Positions 1 through 12,600 of a stretch of 64,000 bases of DNA are shown here, piece after piece. The position numbers and the translations under genes are program-made. Below the pieces are notes generated by a model. The model made no database searches. It saw nothing but the letters and a program-made list of their open reading frames with translations, and was not told where the DNA came from. Numbering within the stretch: the stretch's first letter is position 1; each line of letters begins with the position of its first letter. The DNA comes from Balanoglossus misakiensis (lineage: Eukaryota; Animalia; Hemichordata): assembly GCA_040954595.2 (NCBI GenBank), contig CM082588.2, positions 6,832,202 to 6,896,201 on the forward strand. The letters run 5' to 3'.

Positions 1-24
1 AATACACGCGTTATAATGATGTTC

Positions 25-137
25 TGGTCCCAATAAGTGCCCCGCCCAATCACCGCAATCAGCTCACGCTCAGAAATCTCCGCATTGGAAGTGTGAGCGC
101 ACGAACAAACAAACCAGGAGAGTTCCAAGATGGCGGG
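25..137 (+). promoter_or_regulatory. TATA-less housekeeping-type promoter/5' region of TMEM135
   Basis: CCAAT at 30-34 and 46-50, GC box CCCCGCCC at 40-47, reverse CCAAT (ATTGG) at 84-88, and YY1-type CAAGATGGCGG at 126-136 overlapping the ATG. Sequence is CpG-rich from 1 to about 750. Confidence 0.6.
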
Positions 138-285
138 CACGTTGAGCAAAGTACTGGGACCGCAGTTGACCTGCACTTGCTATGAACTTGGCCACACCTG
201 GCATCCGTCTTGTTGGCAGTCCTTCTTCGAGATTGTCCTTGCAACATTCAAGAGAGCTCTCGAAGTCTATACACCAATTTATGTC
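130..285 (+). CDS. TMEM135: Transmembrane protein 135, coding exon 1 (MAGTLSK...CYELGHTWHPSC...YTPIYV)
   Basis: Translation contains CYELGHTWHPSC, matching the TMEM135 N-terminal Cys-rich motif (human CYEIGHTWHPSC, from memory). ATG in good context (AAGATGG); donor GTAAGT at 286; 156 nt, phase 0. Confidence 0.95.
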
Positions 286-994
286 GTAAGTACCGTGCCG
301 TGTCATATGCATTTACTGTATGTTGATACTCGCCGCGACGCCTGACGAGTCGACATGCTCGATTTATTATTCCAGTTTCAAGTTCATTGCAAGTTTCGAA
401 CAGTGTGTGTATTGGTTATTGTGTAGTGAGCATAAAATGTGTTGTTATTGCTTGCGATAGCATGAGATTTGCTGTCTTTGCTTGACATGTACCCTCGACC
501 TTGCTGTCGGCTTCGATCTTTGCTCGTTCGACTTTTCACACTCTGCGTGCGATTTCACGTCCGTCGTCACGATATTCTGTCGTGCTAGAGTGTGTCTGCT
601 CAATGTATATTAATCCTAGAATCACGATTTCTCCCTACATCAATGTGGATGATGAAAAAACACACAAAATCAGTACGCAGCGTCGTCTGCTGCTCGAAAT
701 GGCCACCGAGTTGACCCCGTACAGCAACATAAGACAATAAACCTCGGTACAAAGGTCAAAGGTTGACAGGGCAAGGAACTTTTTCGTCATTGTCAGGAAA
801 CCGTTATATGCAAATGTCACTTGTCAGGTCATATAATTAACGGTCGAAACAATGCGCTGAATAATTCAACCTGTAGAATTACAGCAAAGGTGGCAATCAT
901 GCAGTTTGTTTTCCATATGGTGTTTTCTTTGTGCTTTTTAAATAAAGTTGATGGTAATATAAGTGAAATATTACACGGGAACATGATATAATTA

Positions 995-1243
995 ATATGA
1001 ATTATTATGAAAATTAAAACCTGATTATCAATATTTTTTAATTTCAATTGTTTTATTATTTTTTTATTTTATTTTATTTTATTTTATAAAATAAAATAAA
1101 ATAAAATTTTGAGCTTATTTCTGAAATAAATATGAATAATTATGAAAACTAAAACCTGATTATCTCTATTTTTAATTTTAATTATTTAATCATTTTTTTT
1201 TAAAATTTATTTTATAAAAAAATTGTTGAGCTTATTTCTTGAA
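995..1243. repeat. AT-rich tandem duplication, about 135-bp unit, two copies
   Basis: atatgaat(t/a)attatgaaaa(t/c)taaaacctgattatc…ttgagcttatttc occurs twice (starting near 995 and 1130). Confidence 0.8.
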
Positions 1244-1308
1244 TTTTCTGTCTTTAGCATATATATTTATTCTATTTTCCTATTTCAATAAGTTAATTTG
1301 GAATTAGT

Positions 1309-1352
1309 ACTGTACATTTCTGTTCTGTACATTTCTGTTCTGTACATTTCTG
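1309..1352. repeat. Short tandem repeat (CTGTACATTTCTGTT) x3
   Basis: Three consecutive 15-bp units upstream of the exon 2 acceptor. Confidence 0.85.
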
Positions 1353-1411
1353 GCAAAATAAACTGATACAAACTGAATATGTGAGCAAGATATTTCTGGT
1401 TTTCCTTTCAG

Positions 1412-1539
1412 CTTGCAGCTGTTGCGAGGAAGAAAGGTAAAGATTATTTCACCCAGCGGATGATTCCAGAAATCTTACAGTCCAGTCTGTTTCTTTGCGC
1501 TAATGGCAGTTTGTATATGGGAGGATTTTGCGTTGGCAG
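1412..1539 (+). CDS. TMEM135: TMEM135 exon 2 (LAAVARKKGKDYFTQRMIPEILQSSLFLCANGSLYMGGFCVG)
   Basis: Acceptor tttcctttcAG, donor GTAAAG at 1540; 128 nt. Resembles human [42 protein letters not shown] (recalled). Confidence 0.95.
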
Positions 1540-2561
1540 GTAAAGTCAATTAACATTTTTTCAGTCTGCTGCATATGTGTGCACATAGTTGAGCCGGTCG
1601 TATGGGGTAACACAGCCGTAACGAGATTAGAAAATTGTTCTCTTTTACATTTAATGTCGGAATAATAGCTGTAGCATTATTCTGCAATCATCTTCTAGTG
1701 CAAATGTATGCAGTTTTGTCGCACTACAGAAAACAGCACTGATAATGCACAGGGCTCATATGACGTTACACAGCCTGTACTACTAGCTTAGACTGAACCA
1801 TGGTGGTGACAGGATCAAAGCAACATCTGCTGAATAGGGGTCTTGGTGGTTTGGTAGACATTCGTGGAACTGGAAGTATCATATCGGGAGGGGGGGGGGT
1901 ATGATACAGTTACACCAACAATGAAATTGAGCCAATCAGAAAGGGTGTCTCATGTTGGCAATAGTACTAACTAAACACTGTGAAAAGATCAGCGATTGGT
2001 CAATTCCAAAGATGTGTTTGCCCGTAAATATTTAAATGCCCCTTTCATAATTCCACAGTTTCCCAGCAAAATCTGCCACAGCTTTGTTTTATTACATAGC
2101 ACTGTGGGGCAGATTATAAGCTGTGGCTCGTGAGAATGACATAAATCAATAATATTTTTTCATCAATAATATATTTTTTGGCCAGGACCAGAAATTGTCA
2201 TGGAAGGATTTACCTGCTATGCACATACACATAGGGTGTGTATTGACCTCTGATAACGGGTGATTCAAGCATATTTAATTAATGGAACCAGGAGAAATAA
2301 CTAACATTCAAAACAATGTCAAAAGTCAATAACTTTAACCCTCTAACGAGTATTTTGTCCATTGATGAGTGGACTAACCTGTACGGACTTTGAGTTGACT
2401 GCACAACAGGTTTGTGCATGAACATGCATATAATGTACTTAGTGCATGTTACAAAGTCTAGCGTTGTTTGTCTGCCTATCCCATAGATTCTTCAGCGGTC
2501 CAGGTCCATAGGACACTGGCCGCAGTCATTAACCCTTGTCAGTTTATTCCAAATAAATTAA

Positions 2562-2647
2562 TCCCTTTCAACACCATGGTTCAGTCCAAACCCATTGTTT
2601 TCTATGGTACAGTTGGACCTCTATAAAGAGTACTGGGGGTGAAAGGG
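2562..2647. mobile_element. ~85-bp piggyBac-like MITE (family D)
   Basis: TTAA-(T)CCCTTTCA…TGAAAGGG-TTAA; related copies at 41572 and near 63418. Confidence 0.65.
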
Positions 2648-3136
2648 TTAAGGCTGATTTTCAACTCATTCCAAAGTGAAAATATAACTAGACAAACCAA
2701 ATGTATACAGGATAATAATTTTAACTGTAGCCAGGCTGTAATGGTTATGGAATCATTTTAGTACCAATTTTATGAGATCTTCATTAAGTGAATTTTACAT
2801 AAAAAAGTGTATTACATGTACCCAATTTTTTATCACATAATTTTGCAATTGGCATATGTGGTACTCAGTCTCCCCACATGTCAAACTTTGAATTGAAGGT
2901 GGGTGGGGGTCAGAATAACCTTTGCCTCCTCACAATCATTCCCCTAAATATGAAAAGGGGTACTGTTCCTCGATTTATCCAATTTTGAGGTTAAACACTG
3001 TAATACTACTTTTTCTAAGTGTCTGTGAAAATGAACATTTGGATGTAATAAACAACAATACAAAAGCCTCTGTCTTTCACCAATGTAATTATACACACTA
3101 GAGTTTCTCAAGAAATCTTTTTTTACTTTGCTCCAG

Positions 3137-3229
3137 GCATATACTTGGCAGATTTTTCTGGTGGTCCCCATTTCTGTGCTCAGGCTTGCCTGCGAGTGCC
3201 ATGGCAATTAGTATAGAGAGGAAAAGCAG
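3137..3229 (+). CDS. TMEM135: TMEM135 exon 3 (RHILGRFFWWSPFLCSGLPASAMAISIERKS)
   Basis: Acceptor tttgctccAG, donor GTAAGA at 3230; 93 nt, phase 2-2. Resembles human [31 protein letters not shown] (recalled). Confidence 0.95.
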
Positions 3230-3292
3230 GTAAGATTTAGAGGGTGAAGAGATCAAGGGTTTAAATGATGATTATGTGAATAAAGGTATTTA

Positions 3293-3685
3293 CTGGATAG
3301 ATGGATGGATGAAGGAGTGAGTGATTGAGTGAGTGAGCAAGTGAGTGAGTGAATGAATGAATGAATGAATGTGTGGATAGATGGATGAATGAATGAATGA
3401 ATGAATGAGTGAGCAAGTGAGTGACTTAATGAATGAATGAACTAACGAATGAAGGAATGAATGAATGAGTGAATGATGAATGCATGTATGGATAGGTAGA
3501 TGAATGAAGGATTGTATGAATGAATGAATGATTGAGTGAGTGAGTGAATGCATGAATGAATGAATGAACAAATGAATGAGTGAGTGAATGAATGAATGAA
3601 TGAATGAATGAATGAATGAATGAATGAATGAACGAATGAATGAATGAACAAATGAATGAATGAATTGATGGATGGATGGATGGGA
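3293..3685. repeat. Compound tetranucleotide microsatellite (TGAA/TGAG/TGGA)n
   Basis: Directly visible; fills most of intron 3. Confidence 0.97.
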
Positions 3686-3787
3686 GCCTGGTAGATTAGT
3701 GAGTGGTTTGATGTACTAATCACAAGCTGGTTAGTTCGATGAACATATGTGGGAATGCCTAACAATGTGCCCTTTTTTCTCTTTTAG

Positions 3788-3821
3788 GAGGAGTATGTTG
3801 GCTCTATATCTTTCTAACCTG
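3788..3821 (+). CDS. TMEM135: TMEM135 exon 4 (RRSMLALYLSNL)
   Basis: Acceptor ttttttctcttttAG, donor GTGAGT at 3822; 34 nt, which restores phase 0. Resembles human RRGLLTIYMANL (recalled). Confidence 0.93.
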
Positions 3822-4752
3822 GTGAGTAATTCCTTAAATAACTTTTATCATAATTGAAAACGACAGCAATAGTCATGTTTAGTCATGCACTAGGTTATAC
3901 AATATAGTATAACCTGTACTGTAAGATAAAGATGATATGTTTTTAAACATACTGGTGCAAATTATACTAGCATTATTGCAGTCATTTGTGACACAGTAAG
4001 AGCAACTCCTGTGACATTATTGCGTTGTTATTGCGTGCGAAGAGAATTATGGTCACATTGACAACCAGCAAGACTGCTTGTCTCGGAGAGAGAGAAAAAT
4101 GACATCCCGGAGTTCTCAAAATAACGTCACCCGATGAAAGATTTGCTTGTTTATTTGCCTTGTGTATGACAGTTTGACAAGTCAGGGCCCATGCCTCTTG
4201 AAGGGGGCCTCTTAAATTAATCAACAGTGTTGATTAGCAACAGGTACACATTGTCTGTCACTGTCATAGACACACGTCAACACCAGTACGCTATTTTGAT
4301 TTTTTGACGGGTTGACGTAATTATAAACCGCAGTCAGTACAAACAGAATTATATGCTGGGACATGATAAACTGTTGTTTGGTTAGATTCGCACCCAGCCC
4401 CAACTTGAGTATGATTGACCGGGTCTTTGATAAGAAACTCAATTAGTGGGCAGGTTTGGCTATCAGTTGTATCTCTGGTAGCAAATTGAAGTTACACGAT
4501 TTCAAAACTTCAGTGGAGTCTACTAGACTGGCTGGCATCAACAAACAATGTACACACCCACTAATTGTAACATCAGATTTAATGAAGTAGGTGCCTGTGG
4601 TATCTGGGATCTAAAGTACCCCTCAGACTTTGCTCAAATATACTTAAATATCATTATCTTTGGGATTTATTTTTAAATGAGGCATGACCCCATCTTGTAT
4701 AGAAATTGCGTTGAAGATAAACTTTCTTGAATTTACTATATTTAAAATAAAA

Positions 4753-4929
4753 CCCCAGCTGTTTTCTCAGTACATGTATTTTGTTTTAGGTACCAACTGT
4801 AGTTTCTTGTTTTACTCTGTATCATTAAGAATTGTTAAGATTGAACATTTCATAAAGCTATCCAGAGTAAAACAAAATACATGGTAGAAAAATACTGAAA
4901 AATTGCCAAAAGTTAGAATTACTTGGGCT
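4753..4929. mobile_element. Diverged relative of Kolobok-like family C
   Basis: ttttctcagta…ttttgttttaggtaccaactgtagtttcttg resembles the family C left arm; right end aaatactgaaaa…gggct-TTAA. Confidence 0.4.
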
Positions 4930-5036
4930 TTAAATGCAATTCAGAAATGATTTAATGGATATGTGTGTGAAATTTCAAAGAAATTCACTGACATAGGAAA
5001 CAACTGAATTCGATTTTGATTTCCTTTTATTAACAG

Positions 5037-5102
5037 GCTGTGGAGACGATGTACAATATGCTGAAATCAAGAGGCAAGATCAAGGCCGTGAAGAATGGAG
5101 AG
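5037..5102 (+). CDS. TMEM135: TMEM135 exon 5 (AVETMYNMLKSRGKIKAVKNGE)
   Basis: Acceptor ttccttttattaacAG, donor GTGAGT at 5103; 66 nt. Resembles human [22 protein letters not shown] (recalled). Confidence 0.94.
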
Positions 5103-5209
5103 GTGAGTTCAGTGAAAGACGGGGTTCGGATAGGTGTGGCACCCCTGTGATTTGCAGATATAACAGGAGTAATAGAATCTCACACTTCCAAGGACCTGGG
5201 ATCACATTT

Positions 5210-5418
5210 TGTCACCTCACACTACATCTGACCAACTCCAATAGAAGTCTCCCGTTCAAAACCTCTGGCTTTACAGGGCTAGTAAACCAATCAGAAGGCG
5301 CCGTATGGAGAATGATAGGTATCCTTCAGTCTAAATCGATGTAACGTGCAATCTAATTGGCCTGGCGATGGGAGGTTGAACAGGATCTTCTATAGGAGTT
5401 GGTCAGAGTGAGGTGGCA
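5210..5418. mobile_element. Foldback/MITE-like element with ~45-bp inverted arms
   Basis: Left tgtcacctcac..tctgaccaactccaatagaag..gttcaa..cctc is the reverse complement of right gaggttgaacaggatcttctataggagttggtcagagtgaggtggca. Confidence 0.65.
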
Positions 5419-5453
5419 GCATAAGAATACCGTACCGACTACAGCAGTAAATG

Positions 5454-5668
5454 ACGTCGCACTACATCTGAACCTATGCCATATGAGATCTCGTTAAAAT
5501 CTCGCGCTTTCTCAAGCCAATCAGAGCGGTCATAGAAGCAAGTTATCAGCGCATGGTTTGCGTGTGGCCAGTTCCAAAGCCTTGGGAAAGCTGCTCTGTG
5601 ACTGGTCGAATGGATCCATTCGCCAAAACTAGGTGTCCTATGGCATAGGTTCAGATGTGGTGTGACGT
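5454..5668. mobile_element. Second foldback element with ~30-bp inverted arms
   Basis: acgtcgcactacatctgaacctatgccata pairs with tatggcataggttcagatgtggtgtgacgt; shares CACTACATCTGA with the 5210 element. Confidence 0.65.
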
Positions 5669-8240
5669 GTACATCAAGAACAGCCAAGACAGAGAACGGA
5701 ACAGCCAAGTCAAAGACAGAGAACAGAACAACCAAAGACAGCGCCTAACTCTACATCTGATTTCAATCAGATTGATACTTCACTGTGGGGCTTATAACCC
5801 AGCTGGGGGCCAGTCTTGCTTGTGCGTTATGGTGATTGTAATTACACTAGTTGTCATGTTTAAAGTGGCAAAGTTACAGTTAGATTAATATGTGGTACAT
5901 ACCAGCAATAATGTTGAATTATAATTTCGTGCCTTACACTTCCCATCATATTGAGAACTCTGTAACATGATTGAATTGTCACCAGATGTACAATCAAATA
6001 ATGTTACATTGACAACCAATGAGACTGCATATATTTGCCCGTGGAACGAAATAACCAAAACGTGTTAAAATATAGTGTCGTTGACACTCTAATGGTGGAG
6101 ATTAACTTTGGCAGTCGATAGCCAGACATTTTTTATTGCCCTGTGTTCAAAGTAATTTACCGCCCAGTACCAGCATTTATCTGTCGTGCCAGCGGTCTAC
6201 TTTCCCGAATGTAGGTCACTCCCCTCATTCTAGATAACATTGACTCTCTCCGTGTAACGCTTTTAATGTGTTAACATGTACATGAATCAAGATTTCCACA
6301 GTTTACAAATAAACTTTCCCCCAGTGAGGTCGGTTGATCGGCCATACCTGCCACAGAATTGCACCCAGCGGAGCCACATTTTGAAATTTATGCAAATTTT
6401 TATGTGTATGCAAATGAGCCACCTCTTCTTCCTCTGATTGGTGAACTGTGGACGAGGATACTCCGTTGGGAATTGCTGATTGGCAGGAAGGATGGAATGG
6501 CAAATTCAAAGAAACAAGATTCGGAATGTCAATGTTATTTGCTTTTTGTCAAGATTCTGTGTGTGGTCTTGTCTCACGAAGACATGGCATCTTCATTTGT
6601 ATACAAGTTCATTTGCCGTCCTGAGCTCGAGACGTCTTTGTTTGTCAGCGACTTGTGTCTTGTGTTGCACAAACTTTTTAAGGGTCAATGGCGGGTCATG
6701 TCGTACATGAAAAAAACATGGTCACATCTCACGATCAGTTGGCGAGTGGACGTGTGTAGGAATAGCCTAGTTGATGGTCATTTCTGGCCTTGGGGGGTGG
6801 GGGGGGGGGTTAGAAGAGCAATCACCGATTTACCGCTCAACGGGGTCTTTTTTTCATGCCAGATTTAATACCCAGAAGTGTGTTGCAATTTTGGGGGTTT
6901 CTGTGTCGTGTTCGGTAGGCTGTTTTTTTTCTTTGTGGAATCATAAACCCGGAGATTTAGAAGTGAGCCAATAAATTTTAGAAGTTTGGTTTCGAAGTGG
7001 GTAGAGTTTCCGGCAGAGGGACTGCACACCCCTCAGGCTCCCCAAGATTTATCGAATCCCCCCACCCCCATTCCCTGGTTCGGGTGACTGTTTTTGTGTC
7101 GTAAAGGTAACTGTTAGTCTATAGTTTTGTTTAGCAGATATTTGAGGTGTGGTCTGCTGCCTCAAGACGGTAACCTTCAGACCCACCTGATAATCTAGTC
7201 CTTCACAGACATGTTTTAATCAATCTCTGAATTCAATAAAAAAATCTACAGACAGTTTATGTGTGGCACCTGTTTGTGGGGTGGGGGTGGGGGTTTACTG
7301 TGCTTCACCACATAGTGTGTGACACCCCCTGTGTGACACCCCCTGGGATGGGATTTGCTCAGTCTGGGTGAAGGGTTGCTAGGCTTGGTCACTAAGGAAC
7401 CGCCAACCATCCTTGGCGAAAACAAACACCAACAGCACATTCCTCCAAACAGGTTATCAGCCCGACCTCTGACCTCAGCTAATTTGATTATATAACTACC
7501 CTGAAGTGCCTGACAGTTCTGTAAATATTTGTTTCCAAGTTGTGGACATTTTTGTCTGTCTTGTAACCTGGCGAAAACATTGTAAAATGTGGCCTGCTTC
7601 TAAAATATGCCAAATTTTGCATTACTGGCCGACATATGCAAAAATGTGACAAACTTTCTGCTGGAGAATGTGTTGTTTTGACTCGATTGTTAAATAATGC
7701 AGTTAAGTGTTTATTAAACACCTTGATAGCTGGGCCAAATTTAGGACTTAGTGAGATTAATGTTAGTATTAAATGTAAACTATTTGTATTGGGGCTAAAT
7801 CCCTGTGCAATGTTTTGGCTGGGCTCCAAATTTCAAAGGTAAATACGTTCCCAATACACAGACTGTATTTGTGGATTGTCTGAAACTTAGCAATCTATCT
7901 CGCGGTGAAAAATGCAGTTCGGTTTTCCAGAAAGAATGCAGTGCGCGCAGGATTATTGTCAACAAATGGTAAATGTGGTCGCTGTGATCTTGTTTGAGCT
8001 GGGTATACAATTGGAGAGATTAACCCTAGGAAAGTTTCCCCACTAATTTCTTGTTTCAATATTGTTAGATATTCAAAATGCTGGGTGGTGGAGGTGGCCC
8101 TCTGCTAATGTTTGGGCAACAAACTGTCCTTCAGACCCTCCAAGTACCCACAATAACTGTGAAAGGGCAGTGAAGTACACACTTGAAAATCTATAATCAT
8201 CTCACCATAGCACATTTTTATTTAACATTTGTCATGTTAA

Positions 8241-8450
8241 AGGGACAAAGTCTCTCTCTCGCTGCTCTTTTGCCATTAATTATGTTAGATACAAGACACC
8301 ATTTTGTTATTCTACATGTGGATATATAGTGAATCAACATTCGACCACACACAACTTCCATCACCATTTGTAGGATATGAGAGAAAAATCTCGCCAAAAT
8401 GAATAAACACTAGAGATCGATTATTCATTATTGCGAGTTTTTCTCTCTCT
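8241..8450. mobile_element. Kolobok-like palindromic MITE family A, truncated copy
   Basis: TTAA then AGGGACAAAGTCTCTCTCTCGCTGC…; similarity to full copies is lost at about 8450. Confidence 0.85.
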
Positions 8451-8867
8451 TCTTAGAGTAAGTCAGTGTATATGCACTGAATAAAAATGCATATGGTACA
8501 ATAAAATAAGGGATATAAAAATATAGTGTCATTAAATGACTGTAAAAAATATCAACAACATACAAACGTGTATTTGCGATGTATTTGCGATGATGGCTGA
8601 GCTGTAGTTGTATTCCCAACGGTGGGCAGTGAATTAAAATTTGACCAATATCGGTTGCACTCACACAGTCAGATGTTTTGTCCAATGGCCACTCGGTTGG
8701 ATGACCCCCATGTTGTGAAAGCACTTCTCTCATCGAGAGTGTCGGACATGTTGACAAGCTATTGGAGTTTGGCGCTGACACGGGTCTTAGCTGGTACGAC
8801 TTGAGAGTTTAGAAAATGGGGTAACCAGATGCCGGCGAGCCGCGGGTGAAACGCATGCCTTTTAATA

Positions 8868-9067
8868 CTGTAAAACACTTTATTTTTCGCGAGTTGAAAT
8901 TTTCGCGATATCGAGAGAGGCCACTGTATTAATTTTCGCGTTCTCTTATTTCATTCACTGCATCCTTATCTTCAAAAAAAAATTTACATGACTTTTTATT
9001 TTTGCGTCATTTTGGCTCTCGCGTATTTCGCGAAAATTTATCGCTCGCGAAAATAAAGTGTTTACAG
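8868..9067 (+). mobile_element. TA-flanked MITE family B, subfamily B1
   Basis: TA-CTGTAAAACACTTTATTT…AAATAAAGTGTTTACAG-TA; TIRs plus TA target duplication, Tc1/mariner-pogo-like. Confidence 0.9.
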
Positions 9068-9292
9068 TAGTAACTTTCAATAGAGGGTAAGTTGAGATTG
9101 AGTGTGTCTTGTATAGGCCTTGTTAGGTTACCACTGGCATTCTCTCCAGGCCTTCATTTGACACCGCGTTTCAGACGATGAAATTAACCAATGGTCAACT
9201 GCCTCCTGCCAATAATGGCTGTTCTCTAGTGGGATATTTACAAGTCGTCCTATGTAATGAAATGCATACTGATTTTTGTTGGGGGATATTAA

Positions 9293-9624
9293 AGCTCCAT
9301 TAGCTGTAACATTTTTTCAGTATTTTTTTTGAGTGGGTGTGTACCGGTATCTACTGCAGTTTCTTGTTCAAATTCCTGAAATATGATGAAATGCTTAACA
9401 TTTAGCTTATTAACACAGCACATATGTGTATAGTCTGCACTGCTATTGTGCAAAACTTGATTTCAAGTCCGGACTAAAATTCATTTGTCAACAATAACAA
9501 GGCTATGTTGACAAGCAGAGTACTGGGTATATTAGCATGGTGTTTGGAGTAGAACAAGAAAATGCATTTGGTACACAGAACAAAAGTACTGCAAATAAAG
9601 CCAAAATTTACAGCTAATGTCCCT
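9293..9624 (+). mobile_element. Kolobok-like MITE family C, full copy
   Basis: TTAA-AGCTCCATTAGCTGTAA…TTACAGCTAATGTCCCT-TTAA; central AGTCCGGACT palindrome; partial copies at 23643 and 38628. Confidence 0.8.
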
Positions 9625-12600
9625 TTAATGGGGAGCTGTCTCGACTTGTAATCTGGTAGATTCCGATGAAGATTACTCCTTGAGATGAATTCTCCATGCT
9701 GTCCTATGCACTTCCTTAGACATCAAAACTTTATGTGGATACTTGATCTGTTGTACCTGTCCTCTAAGTTGTTGCTAAGTGTCATTTTAGGGGCTCACTT
9801 TACCATTTGGATCATATTGTCAGACAAATTGGCATACTGCTGACCGACCCGACATATCTCACAACAAATTACATATCGGGCTGTCCCATATTTGCGTCGC
9901 TACAATAACGCGGGTAATCCATCTTTTTCGGACGACCACAGGTTTCTATGTCGGGCACCCGAACGCGGGGCGTATCGACATCGCCAACTTAGCGCGGGGT
10001 TCAAAAGTTGACTGCAGACGTAAGAATTATTCCTCGTTCCTCGTCAGTCAACCCCAAGAGTCGGTGTCACTCATTATGAAATATTGCGTACAGAAAAGGC
10101 GCACTTCAAAATTGAGATCTGTCGACAGCGGTCTTGCAAATTTTTTTTTTTGCTGCGACGAAGTACGTATATATTTCCAATGGTAATATATGCCATTAAA
10201 GCTGACCCAGCATTGTAGGTCCAGCGTGGGATTCAATTCTGCATATTACATTTTAGCGCATTTTCTTACTTGACTTGTAAATTCTTTTGACTTAATCCCT
10301 TATTTGATTCCGAACCCAGTGAGTTATACTTCTTTTTCCCTCTTTTCCCACTTCCGGACCTCACCTGCGAGTCTTCGCCGAAGGTGATTCCGTTAAGTGC
10401 ATCTCTGAGCTCATTTTATTTTTTTAAAACTATAATGCGATAAAAACGCTGGCTTCTAATTCCGTGAGTTCAGTTAAGCACACACAGCAACTCGTGGCAG
10501 CTAGCACTTTTTAAGTTGATATCTGACGGATTTCAATGAGATTGGCAAACTGCGGGGCTGAATAGAAATCACTGCTGTTCTTGTCAGTCGCCGTCCAAAT
10601 GATCTCGGTTTGATTGAAAAAGTTGTGGTCGGGCTGTTTGTGAGTACATTTCATCGAATTTATCAATTAATACCGCATTTCTAATCGCATTCAAATCCTG
10701 TCACGAAATCAATTTGATCTCAAGCAAGTAACGAAATTGACTGTTCGATCAATATTTGCACACCAAATACGATCCGGCAAACAGCAAACCTACTGGCAGT
10801 TCCAAACCTTCTCTCGACTTCAAGACTTTTTCACAGCTTGACTACACACAGAAAACCAATTTTGAGATTAACATGATTGCAGAAATTTCAGACACTTTAT
10901 CACGGCTGACATAATGGTCGGAGGGATTACCCTATACCATGCGTGGACAATCTATCAAACATCCACTCGCATATTTCATGTGCGAGACGTCAATATCTTT
11001 CAGTAGGTGTCAACCTGTAAGCTGTTTGTCTATTTTAAGTGTTTTTCCGTACATGGTTCATGAAACAGCTGATATGACAGAGCTGCTCAAAGCTGACGGT
11101 GACATGAAGGAAATATAATATATAGATGGAAAGAACCCTGACATCCTGTAGATATCCTGCTCTTTCTAAAACTTAATAAAGCCCTGATAGCTGCCATTCT
11201 TTGCATTAATTTCATGAGTTTACCCTCAAATTTGGAATGGTCCATTTAAATGAGCTAACTGATTGATACACAAATATATATACTGTGTTTGTGGCTGTAT
11301 ATTTAAATATACATATAATTGAAATGATAAACAGGTTATTGCAAGAGTACATGAGAATTGTGGTATGCGCACATGGGTATTAGAATCTCCACAAATTCAA
11401 AATGGTGTCGTCTGTCGACTTGGGATAAGAAGAAGATCGAAATATGTTATCGATTTAAAATATGATAAAATTGAGGCTTTAATGAGACAAAGCTAGATTT
11501 TCTAATGGTTCTTAGCGAGATTTGTGCGTTATCGAAGAATTAAATTAAACAGAATAATTATCTTATATGACTTTCCAACAAAGCTTCTGATTGTAGCATT
11601 TTCTGGCTCTTTTCTTCATATTTCGTTGACTTTAAGTGTCTCAGTATGTTTGTATGATGATAAATCTCGGCTTTATATTTAACGATATTAAACGCCTAGG
11701 ATGTCCGCTATTATACTGCACCATTACCTCATTGTCTGGGGAAACCCACTCACCATATACACGCATAGTGATCCATTATCTGGTGTCGACTGACGGACAA
11801 ATTTATCAAAATTGTGATTTTTCTCAGAATTGTCAAGTAACAGTGGGCGGATGAGATATGGTCGATCACACTTCAGTGGATGCGAGTTGTAAACTCCATT
11901 TCTGAAAGTTGAAAAATTGATGTACTCTCCATTTCTGAGGGTCGACAATTTTCGGCCGGCGCTGTCGGAGTCAAGATGGAGATTGGTTTCGAGTGTCCTC
12001 GAGACGGAAGGCTGGCTTCTTCAAAAATTGAGAGGTGGTATAAATGTGTCGGCTGTCTGTCTTGTGCCGTTGATGGATGTAGTCATTGAGAGGGAAAATT
12101 ATTTGTAATGTGTTCTGAGCCGGGGACACAGTCATGCATGAGCGATGTCTGCCTAAGAGGTGTACATGCCCCCTTTTGGCAACCCTTACTAGAAAAAAAA
12201 AATAAAGATATGCTACGAAGCATATCAGCTTGCAAAATCAGAATTGAATTTATATTTTCTTGCAGAGGCAATAAGAAAATTGGAAAAACGTAGTGAAACC
12301 AATACAGGAATGTGTTTTAATCTTTTTTCGTCAAACAAGTGCCATTTGAGCCATGCTGTACCGGTTGTAGGCAAATCAAAGATGTGTGTACAGTTCAACA
12401 TTGGTTTGTTTTATACAAGCACCTTGACGAATAGGAGTTGCATTCTTCACATTCCAGGGGGGTTTGAACCAAACAAACTCACCCCACATCATAAAACTTC
12501 AGAAGTTGCATAGTAGCCCTAATTGGCGGAGGCTAATTCGTTTGCCAAACGATGATTTTGACAATGACCGTGTCTGGGTTTTATGGCCCCGTGTGTGTGG

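Noticed and set aside
286-345. 3' part of ORF 130..345 (VSTVPCHMHLLYVDTRRDA)
   Set aside because: Read-through into intron 1; similarity to TMEM135 stops at the GTAAGT donor at 286.
3290-3765. His/Ser/Phe/Ile-rich ORFs on the minus strand
   Set aside because: Translation of the (TTCA)n microsatellite.
3786-3793. Tandem acceptor TAG-GAG-GAG at exon 4
   Set aside because: GAG acceptors are rarely used, and the first AG gives the conserved peptide; no evidence of alternative use.
6359-6868. 169-aa ORF; also 30489..30992 and 58272..58778
   Set aside because: Non-ATG starts, no recognisable domain, and they run through simple repeats or MITE ends; chance ORFs.
6791-7295. G-runs with possible G-quadruplex potential (also near 21632)
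   Set aside because: Poly-G/C runs are common throughout this window, so there is no specific signal.
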